From positions 1 through 23,606 of IMG/VR virus record IMGVR_UViG_3300021431_000069: DNA of 23,606 nt. The stretch is one strand, 5' to 3'. Positions within the stretch are counted from its first letter, which is position 1. The number at the start of each line of letters is the position of its first letter. This document shows, piece by piece, positions 1-5,078 of this stretch. The notes under the pieces are model-generated. The model was not told the DNA's origin and ran no database searches. It saw only the letters and a program-made list of their open reading frames with translations. The DNA comes from a virus. Made by a program: the position numbers and the translations under genes.

Positions 1-125
1 GAGATCACCGGCGCGGCACTCTCGGCGGCGACTGGATACAGTCTGAACTATATCTATCGCGCCACAGGCGGAACGTGCGACTCGCCGAAACTGGTCAAAG
101 CGATCAGCGACTATCTCGGCATCGA
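1..125. repeat. Terminal direct repeat (left copy), identical to 23482-23606; circular-contig overlap or terminal redundancy
   Basis: Base-by-base comparison shows position p equals position p+23481 for p=1..125. Confidence 0.95.
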
Positions 126-141
126 GCCGTATACCGAATAG
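1..141 (+). CDS. C-terminal part of a 69-aa HTH-like protein that starts at 23413 (gene spans the circular junction)
   Basis: Frame 1 is open from base 1 to TAG 139-141. Bases 1-125 duplicate the end of the ORF that starts at ATG 23413. The sequence ...ALREITGAALSAATGYSLNYIYRATGG...LVKAISDYLGIEPYTE looks like a small helix-turn-helix protein. Confidence 0.6.
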   Translation, partial: EITGAALSAATGYSLNYIYRATGGTCDSPKLVKAISDYLGIEPYTE

Positions 142-152
142 GAGGCGCGGAC

Positions 153-554
153 ATGATCCGCGCGAAACTGACAGCCTTCGTCCTTGCTCATCTGATCGCC
201 TTCGGCGGTGTCGGCATTGGGCAAGCGATAGAAACGGCTGAGAGAGTGCAAGAAGAGACCGCTCCGGCTATGGAGTATTGCGGCGACTACCGCGTCACAG
301 CATACGCATACTATGAGGGCGGAGAGGAGAACTATTTCACAGCAAGCGGCGCGACTCCAGTCCCTTATTACACAGTAGCGACTGGCGACGAATTTCCCTT
401 CGGAACTGTGCTTTACATCGAGGGCATCGGCTATGTCGAAGTACAAGACAGAGGAGGCTTCGGAGAGGGCATCATCGACCTTCATATCGGTTGGGATTCG
501 ATGGACAGCTTCGAGGACACAACACGCGCCGTTTACATCGTACAAGGAGAATGA
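153..554 (+). CDS. Secreted or membrane-anchored 3D-domain protein (MltA/YabE/YuiC-like peptidoglycan lytic-transglycosylase-type fold)
   Basis: ATG 153 follows the GGAGG at 141-145. There is an N-terminal hydrophobic helix (MIRAKLTAFVLAHLIAFGGVGIG). The remainder, YRVTAYAYY...FTASGATP...TVATGDEFPFGTVLYIEGIGYVEVQDRGG...IDLH, is typical of the 3D domain with its conserved Asp residues. Confidence 0.7.
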   Translation: MIRAKLTAFVLAHLIAFGGVGIGQAIETAERVQEETAPAMEYCGDYRVTAYAYYEGGEENYFTASGATPVPYYTVATGDEFPFGTVLYIEGIGYVEVQDRGGFGEGIIDLHIGWDSMDSFEDTTRAVYIVQGE

Positions 555-557
555 AAA

Positions 558-743
558 ATGAAGACCTTACTCAAATACGAACTGAAGATAATGCTCGCTA
601 TCGGCGCGGTTATGTGCTTTACGGCGAGCGAAATGGACTACTTCTATCCGACGGTGGCGACCATCTTCAAGCTGATGGGATTTGCCTTCGCGGTTTGGGC
701 GGTCATCGAGCCGAAAAGAGAGGAGGCAGACGATGAAGATTGA
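558..743 (+). CDS. Small membrane protein (two predicted TM helices), unknown function
   Basis: AAGGAG RBS before ATG 558. Two hydrophobic stretches (IMLAIGAVMCFTA and LMGFAFAVWAVI) and an acidic tail. Confidence 0.6.
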   Translation: MKTLLKYELKIMLAIGAVMCFTASEMDYFYPTVATIFKLMGFAFAVWAVIEPKREEADDED

Positions 744-948
744 AAGTCAGGCGGACGCTATCCTTCGTTACATGGAGACGCATAAGAAAGGCATCACTCC
801 GATCGACGCGCTTGAGCTGTGCGGATGCTTCCGCCTCTCTGCTCGGATTTGGGACTTGAGACATAAGGGATTCGTCATCGAGTCGCGTCCTGTCAAAGGT
901 CATCAATACTGCCGGTATGTTCTTCTGAAGGAGGAGCGCGATGTATGA
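733..948 (+). CDS. Winged-helix/HTH DNA-binding protein
   Basis: AGGAGG at 721-726 precedes ATG 733. The sequence ILRYMETHKKGITPIDALELCGCFRLSARIWDLRHKGFVIES resembles the helix-turn-helix family common in phage and plasmid early regions. Confidence 0.5.
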   Translation: MKIESQADAILRYMETHKKGITPIDALELCGCFRLSARIWDLRHKGFVIESRPVKGHQYCRYVLLKEERDV

Positions 949-1162
949 CAGACTGTTTGACTATCAGTTTGAAGAGGCTCTGTCTGATCTTGACAGGGTC
1001 TGCGACTGGGACGAGCGGGAAGTGAAGAACAGACCGCAAGACGACGCGGACGACTGGGAAGCGAATTGTCTCTCAGAGGAAGCGCACAGACGGATGCTCG
1101 AAAGGGCATCCAAGGAATATCACGAAAACATGGAACGCATTAGAAGGAGGCTCAACAAATGA
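941..1162 (+). CDS. Hypothetical acidic protein
   Basis: GGAGGAG RBS before ATG 941. 73-aa ORF tightly packed with its neighbours. Confidence 0.5.
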   Translation: MYDRLFDYQFEEALSDLDRVCDWDEREVKNRPQDDADDWEANCLSEEAHRRMLERASKEYHENMERIRRRLNK

Positions 1163-1320
1163 AATATGAATTTGAAATCTTTACAAACGGACTGACATAC
1201 ACGTCCGCGCTCAAGCTTATCGTCTGTGAAGAGGATAGACACGACCTCGAACGAGTCCTGTTCGAGAACGGATGCGAAGTCCGAATCAGACCAGTTAAGG
1301 AAGACGAGGACGAGGAATAG
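1159..1320 (+). CDS. Hypothetical 53-aa protein (below the ORF-track cutoff)
   Basis: ATGA start/stop overlap with the upstream gene. AGGAGG at 1144-1149. Translates as MKYEFEIFTNGLTYTSALKLIVCEEDRHDLERVLFENGCEVRIRPVKEDEDEE and fills an otherwise empty gap. Confidence 0.5.
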   Translation: MKYEFEIFTNGLTYTSALKLIVCEEDRHDLERVLFENGCEVRIRPVKEDEDEE

Positions 1321-1338
1321 AAGGAAAGGAGTGCCAAC

Positions 1339-1902
1339 ATGAAAAAGTTGCAACAGATTCAGCAGACGCTCAAAGCGTCAAAGGACATGAAGAACACTTT
1401 CGGCGGTTTCAACTATCGAAGCGCAGAGGGTATCTATGAGGCTCTAAAACCGCTTCTAAGAGAGTTTAATTGCGATTTGGTACTAAGTGACCATATCGAA
1501 AATATCGGTGCATATAACTACGTTGTGAGCACAGCAACGCTCAAAGACCTCGACTCAGGAGAAACGGCGAGCGCATCCGCTCCGGCAAGAGAGGCGGCAT
1601 CTAAAAAAGGGATGGACGACTCTCAGGTCACAGGGTCGTGCGTCTCTTATGCGAGAAAATACGCGATGTGCGGTCTGTTCCTGATCGACGACGCGAAGAA
1701 CGATCCCGACAGCGACCATCAAACAAGGAAGAGACAGGAAGCGGAGTCCTTCGATATGCTCATCAGCGACAGCGATGCGAACAAGCTGACCGCGCTTCTC
1801 GGTGATCGCTTGCCGAAGGCACTCGCCTATTATGGGGTGAGCGATGTGCATCTTCTCACGAATGAGCAGTATAGCGACTGCGTCAGGAGGACGGCGAGAT
1901 AA
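1339..1902 (+). CDS. erf: ERF-family single-strand annealing recombinase
   Basis: FGGFNYRSAEGIYEALKPLL...LSDHIENIG...AREAASKKGMDDSQVTGSCVSYARKYAMCGLFLIDD matches the conserved ERF core (YRS.EDI..., KKGMD.SQ.TG...SYARKYAL.GLF.IDD). Confidence 0.8.
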   Translation: MKKLQQIQQTLKASKDMKNTFGGFNYRSAEGIYEALKPLLREFNCDLVLSDHIENIGAYNYVVSTATLKDLDSGETASASAPAREAASKKGMDDSQVTGSCVSYARKYAMCGLFLIDDAKNDPDSDHQTRKRQEAESFDMLISDSDANKLTALLGDRLPKALAYYGVSDVHLLTNEQYSDCVRRTAR

Positions 1903-2415
1903 ATGGCTAAAGGCTTCATCAAACTGCACAGAAAAATAACAGAGCATTGGCTGTGGGACGAGAAGCCTTTTGACAAGGCTCACGCTTGGATAGACCTTCT
2001 GTTCATGGCTTCGTGGAAAGATGCGACTCGCGACTTCAAAGGCGACATAATAACACAGAAAAGAGGCGAAGTCCTGACATCCGTCAAGTCGCTTTCGCTT
2101 CGGTGGGGATGGAGCGAGGGAAAGGTCAAAAGATACATCGCGACGCTCGAAGCTGACGGTATGTGTACATCTAAACGACTGCGACATGGACGCCTTCTAA
2201 CCATTGAAAATTACAGCCTATTCCAAGATAGGCGACCATCTGACGGACTATCTGACGGACTATCTGACGGACTATCTGACGACGACAATAGAAGAAAGGA
2301 TAAAGAAAGTAATAAAGAAGAAAAGAAGGACATCGCGGACGAAGCCTCGGAAGGCGACTTCGTCCCGATGCCGGAAGAACTGAAAGAGAAGCTTCTCAAA
2401 GGCTTCAAGATGTAA
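1903..2415 (+). CDS. Putative replication initiator / replisome organiser (N-terminal winged-helix domain, repeat-encoded linker)
   Basis: GFIKLHRKI..HWLW......AWIDLL..A........RGEVLTS...LS.RWGWS.GKV.RYI..LE..GM......GRLLTIENY is typical of Firmicutes phage replication organiser N-domains. The gene sits between the annealase and SSB. Confidence 0.5.
   Translation: MAKGFIKLHRKITEHWLWDEKPFDKAHAWIDLLFMASWKDATRDFKGDIITQKRGEVLTSVKSLSLRWGWSEGKVKRYIATLEADGMCTSKRLRHGRLLTIENYSLFQDRRPSDGLSDGLSDGLSDDDNRRKDKESNKEEKKDIADEASEGDFVPMPEELKEKLLKGFKM
2239..2281. repeat. Perfect 12-bp tandem repeat TCTGACGGACTA, about 3.6 copies, inside the initiator gene (encodes SDGLSDGLSDGLSD)
   Basis: Read directly: units at 2239-2250, 2251-2262 and 2263-2274, plus a partial unit at 2275-2281. 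It is followed by a purine/A-rich stretch to about 2340. Confidence 0.9.
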
Positions 2416-2430
2416 GGAGGAGGACAAACA

Positions 2431-2823
2431 ATGAATAGAGTAAACCTTTGCGGACGGCTGACTAAGAATCCTGATCTACGAGCGACATCGACAGGAATGT
2501 CCGTCTGCTCGTTCACAGTAGCCGTCGACAGACCGAGAAACAAAGACGGATTAAAGGAGGCTGACTTCATTCGGTGCAAGGCTTTCGGCAAGCAAGGCGA
2601 GTCTATCGCATACTACAAGGGTAAAGGCGATATGATCGCCGTCGACGGTCGTCTGCAAACTGGGTCGTATGAGAAGGACGGAATTCGCCATTATACGACC
2701 GATGTAATCGTCGAGAGAGCGGACTTCCTCGCGAAAGAAAAACACGCTCAGATCGACGAAAAACAGCCTTCTGCGATGCCGTCAGGATTTGAGTCAATCG
2801 CGGACGACGATATTCCTTGGTAG
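2431..2823 (+). CDS. ssb: Single-stranded DNA-binding protein
   Basis: OB-fold N-terminus (MNRVNLCGRLTKNPDLR...SFTVAVDR...DFIRCKAFGKQGE...GDMIAVDGRLQTGSY) and the acidic C-terminal tip DDDIPW. Confidence 0.9.
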   Translation: MNRVNLCGRLTKNPDLRATSTGMSVCSFTVAVDRPRNKDGLKEADFIRCKAFGKQGESIAYYKGKGDMIAVDGRLQTGSYEKDGIRHYTTDVIVERADFLAKEKHAQIDEKQPSAMPSGFESIADDDIPW

Positions 2824-2831
2824 GTGCTGAT

Positions 2832-3356
2832 ATGAAGCATTTAGGAGACATCAAAAAAATAAACGGAGCGGAGATCGAGCCTGTTGATGTCGTGACAGGC
2901 GGGTCTCCGTGTCAGGACTTGTCTGTCGCTGGTAAACGCGCCGGACTTGATGGAGAGAGAAGCGGTCTGTTTATGGAGCAGATTCGAGTCATTAAGGAGA
3001 TGAGAGAACATGATAAAGCAAGCGGGCGAACAGATGAGTTTATTCGACCAAGATACATGGTTTGGGAAAACGTCATCGGAGCAATCTCGTCAAATGGGGG
3101 GGGAAGACTTCAGGTGCGTCCTCGAAGAGACGGCGCGGATCGTCGAGCCGTCCGCCTCTATTCCTCGACCTATCGGAAAGTGGACTCCGAGCGGGTGCAT
3201 CATGGGAGACGGATGGTCAATCGCTTGGAGAGTACACGACGCGCAGTTTTGGGGAGTACCCCAGCGAAGAAAACGTATCGCTCTTGTCGCAGATTTTGGA
3301 GGAAGAAGCGCCGCAGAAATACTATTTGTCAGAAAAGGCTTGTCGCGGGATTCTGA
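2832..3356 (+). CDS. C5-MTase fragment: motifs III, IV (PCQ) and VI (ENV), then an out-of-frame Arg-rich tail after the G8 tract
   Basis: The ATG 2832 ORF reads MKHLGDIKKINGAEIEPVDVVTGGSPCQDLSVAGKRAGL...RYMVWENVIGAISSNGGG. The conserved sequence continues in frame 1, not in this frame. Confidence 0.6.
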   Translation: MKHLGDIKKINGAEIEPVDVVTGGSPCQDLSVAGKRAGLDGERSGLFMEQIRVIKEMREHDKASGRTDEFIRPRYMVWENVIGAISSNGGGRLQVRPRRDGADRRAVRLYSSTYRKVDSERVHHGRRMVNRLESTRRAVLGSTPAKKTYRSCRRFWRKKRRRNTICQKRLVAGF

Positions 3357-3432
3357 ACAGAGCAGAGAAGCGGGGGAAGGGTCTTCCGCAGATTCTGAAG
3401 GACGCGCTTCTGAATCAGATTCAGCGGGGTAG
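3010..3432 (+). CDS. C5-MTase fragment in frame 1: post-ENV segment and motif VIII
   Basis: From the G8 tract onward the frame reads GGEDFRCVLEETARIVEP...GCIMGDGWSIAWRVHDAQFWGVPQRRKRIALVADFGGRSAAEILF. The annotated ATG 3010 is probably not a real start. Confidence 0.5.
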   Translation: MIKQAGEQMSLFDQDTWFGKTSSEQSRQMGGEDFRCVLEETARIVEPSASIPRPIGKWTPSGCIMGDGWSIAWRVHDAQFWGVPQRRKRIALVADFGGRSAAEILFVRKGLSRDSEQSREAGEGSSADSEGRASESDSAG

Positions 3433-3469
3433 CTGCGACGCTCAAAATCAGGGGGGGTCGAGAGATTGA
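3062..3469 (+). CDS. C5-MTase fragment in frame 2: TRD-type module (LSQILE...KYYLS...)
   Basis: SLGEYTTRSFGEYPSEENVSLLSQILEEEAPQKYYLSEKACRGILNRAEKRGKGLPQILKDAL resembles the LS.ILE.....KY[YF]LS block found after motif VIII in many C5-MTases. There is no ATG or GTG and no RBS-backed start in this frame. It stops 4 codons after the G7 tract. Confidence 0.4.
   Translation: MGKRHRSNLVKWGGKTSGASSKRRRGSSSRPPLFLDLSESGLRAGASWETDGQSLGEYTTRSFGEYPSEENVSLLSQILEEEAPQKYYLSEKACRGILNRAEKRGKGLPQILKDALLNQIQRGSCDAQNQGGSRD
3096..3103 (+). repeat. Poly-G tract G8 at the frame 3 to frame 1 junction of the MTase
   Basis: Counted directly. With G7 the reading would be ...VWENVIGAISSNGGEDFRCVLEE... in one frame. 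Confidence 0.95.
3451..3457 (+). repeat. Poly-G tract G7 at the frame 2 to frame 3 junction of the MTase
   Basis: Counted directly. With G6 the reading would be ...DAQNQGGREIDSLGKRAGKGALIQWNKSATLGVSQDQTLFVL. Confidence 0.95.
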
Positions 3470-3508
3470 CAGCCTCGGAAAAAGAGCGGGGAAAGGAGCT
3501 TTGATTCA

Positions 3509-4249
3509 ATGGAACAAAAGCGCGACACTCGGAGTATCTCAAGATCAGACGCTGTTTGTTTTATAAAAATGAAAACGGTTACTGAAAAGAGATACGGCGA
3601 ATATCACGAAGACGATAGAAGCGTCACTCTCCGTAACTCCGGCGCGACATATGGGGGGGGGAGCGAGGTACTTATTCTATCAAGACACAGTCGGAGCGAT
3701 ATGCGCGAGAGACTACAAGGGAGTCGGCAGTCAGTATGTCAGAGAGCAGAAGCTCATAGTAGAGGTAAAGAAATGCAAGGCATAAACGGAAGCATCGCTG
3801 GAACGCTCGACAGCAACTACTACAAAGGATGCGGAGAGCGTCAGAACATAGAAAGAGAGGTCGTCTATATGGAAAAAGAAGAAACCGCCGTCAGAAGACT
3901 CACGCCGCTCGAGTGCGAACGGCTTCAAGGGTTTCCGGATGGATGGACTGACATCGGAGAATGGACAGACTCAAAAGGTAAGAAACACAAAGAAGCGGAC
4001 TCTCCGAGATATAAAGCATTAGGAAACTCTATCGCGCTTCCGTTTTGGTTTTGGCTTCTTAGGAGAATATCTGCACAGTACGAACGTCCCGCAACGCTCG
4101 GAAGTCTGTTCGACGGGATCGGCGGCTTCCCGCTTTGTTGGGAGCGGTGCAACGGAAAAGGTACTGCAATATGGGCAAGCGAGATAGAGGAGTTTCCTAT
4201 CGCGGTAACAAAAATTAGGTTTCCAGAGGAGGGAATAAATGAGCTATAA
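3509..4249 (+). CDS. C5-MTase fragment: TRD-like modules, motifs IX-X, then motifs I-II at the C-terminus
   Basis: 246-aa ORF containing ...AGTLDSNYYKG...VRRLTPLECERLQGFPDGWTDIG...YKALGNSIALP...ERPATLGSLFDGIGGFPL...IWASEIEEFPIAVTKIRFPEE. An internal ATG at 3773 has an AGAGG 7 nt upstream. Confidence 0.65.
   Translation: MEQKRDTRSISRSDAVCFIKMKTVTEKRYGEYHEDDRSVTLRNSGATYGGGSEVLILSRHSRSDMRERLQGSRQSVCQRAEAHSRGKEMQGINGSIAGTLDSNYYKGCGERQNIEREVVYMEKEETAVRRLTPLECERLQGFPDGWTDIGEWTDSKGKKHKEADSPRYKALGNSIALPFWFWLLRRISAQYERPATLGSLFDGIGGFPLCWERCNGKGTAIWASEIEEFPIAVTKIRFPEEGINEL
3653..3661 (+). repeat. Poly-G tract G9 at the frame 2 / frame 3 junction of the MTase
   Basis: Counted directly. With G8 the reading would be ...SGATYGGGARYLFYQDTVGAICARDYKGVGSQYVREQKLIVE. 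Confidence 0.95.
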
Positions 4250-4568
4250 GAGAACAATGCGCGGAGTCGACTATCTGATTGAGAACGAACTCGACTACGC
4301 GGCAGAAAAACACGGATCGACCTTCGCCTCGATGCACGAAGGCGATAGCGTAATCCGCGAAGAGTGCGAGGAAGCCGGTCTTGAATTTAACCAAGTAGAT
4401 AAGCATTATCGCCTCATGTGGGAATTTATCAAAGAAAACGACTTCCGTAATGCTCGCAGATATGCTGAAGAAATCGCAAGCCATGCCGAGCGACTCGCTT
4501 GTGAAGCGATTCAAGTCGCGGCGATGGCTCTTAAGTTTGTCGACACAGTAGAGAAAGGAGAAAAATGA
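4239..4568 (+). CDS. Hypothetical all-alpha protein, possibly a MazG-like NTP pyrophosphohydrolase
   Basis: GAGGAGGG RBS before ATG 4239. EKHGSTFASMHEGDSVIREECEEAGLEF resembles the H-E-G...EE..E metal-binding helix of small phage NTP-PPase-like proteins. The assignment is tentative. Confidence 0.3.
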   Translation: MSYKRTMRGVDYLIENELDYAAEKHGSTFASMHEGDSVIREECEEAGLEFNQVDKHYRLMWEFIKENDFRNARRYAEEIASHAERLACEAIQVAAMALKFVDTVEKGEK

Positions 4569-4759
4569 AAATCAAAATCGAGATGGAACTGCCTTTCTCC
4601 TATTGCGATGGATGTCACGCGCTTAGTCCGAGGAGAGACACTTTCACATATGAGCACAATCCATATTATAGCGTGATAACTTGCGAGAACGCTGAAATCT
4701 GTCAGAGGGCAGACAAAGCGAGAAGAGAGGAGGAAGAGCATGGACGAGAGGAAAAATAG
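4565..4759 (+). CDS. Hypothetical small Cys-containing protein
   Basis: AAAGGAG RBS before ATG 4565. 64-aa ORF with CDGC...C...C. Confidence 0.45.
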   Translation: MKIKIEMELPFSYCDGCHALSPRRDTFTYEHNPYYSVITCENAEICQRADKARREEEEHGREEK

Positions 4760-5078
4760 ACAGATGGTCTTCGATATTGTGAACAAGTTGGAAAGCGATA
4801 GAGATAGAATCAGGACGCTCGAGAAGACTGTCGAAGAACTCAAAGACGCAAATGCCGGACTTGCTGAAGAGGTCGCAAGGCTCGAGAAGGAAAACACTCG
4901 GTATAAATGCGCCATCGAAGAGATCGAGTCGAGAATCAACCAAAGACGCGCCGATATAAACGAGATGAGCAAGAGACTTTATCAAGTAATGCACACGGCA
5001 AAGGCTTCGCTCAAATTCTGCGAAGATATGGGTAAATGTATCAACACGGAGGAGCACTATGCTGATACTGTCTATTGA
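4740..5078 (+). CDS. Hypothetical coiled-coil protein
   Basis: GAGGAGG RBS before ATG 4740. Heptad-like sequence (IRTLEKTVEELKDANAGLAEEVARLEKEN). Confidence 0.5.
   Translation: MDERKNRQMVFDIVNKLESDRDRIRTLEKTVEELKDANAGLAEEVARLEKENTRYKCAIEEIESRINQRRADINEMSKRLYQVMHTAKASLKFCEDMGKCINTEEHYADTVY

Larger units (their letters stand above)
2832..4249 (+). pseudogene. DNA (cytosine-5)-methyltransferase locus with circularly permuted motif order, broken into at least five frame segments
   Basis: One copy of each block is present:
- HLGDI 2838-2852
- GGSPCQDLS 2898-2924 (frame 3)
- ENV 3066-3074 (frame 3)
- QRRKR 3262-3276 (frame 1)
- LSQILEEEAPQKYYLS (frame 2)
- ICARDYKG (frame 3)
- RRLTPLECERLQGFPDGW 3893-3946 (frame 2)
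- GNSIALP 4022-4042 (frame 2)
- LFDGIGGF 4106-4129 (frame 2)
- SEIEEFP 4178-4198 (frame 2)

The pseudogene label is provisional; see findings. Confidence 0.75.

Noticed and set aside
75-152. N-terminal extension of the 3D-domain ORF (the ORF track starts at 75)
   Set aside because: The extension overlaps the end of the junction-spanning HTH gene and begins at a non-ATG codon. ATG 153 has a GGAGG RBS and starts directly with a signal-like hydrophobic helix.
2239-2281. The 12-bp tandem repeat considered as a possible CRISPR array or satellite
   Set aside because: There are no spacers: the units are directly adjacent. The repeat is in frame inside a gene and spans only about 43 nt. It is better interpreted as iterons or a slippage-generated linker.
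2832-4249. Alternative genetic code (stop-codon reassignment) as an explanation for the fragmented methyltransferase
   Set aside because: The breaks are reading-frame changes, not in-frame stop codons inside otherwise continuous homology. All other genes, including the very long ones, read through under the standard code.
2832-4249. Group I/II intron or intein insertion as an explanation for the fragmented methyltransferase
   Set aside because: The conserved segments abut or overlap one another, with no intervening noncoding or endonuclease-like sequence. The junctions coincide with homopolymers or with stop/start overlaps.
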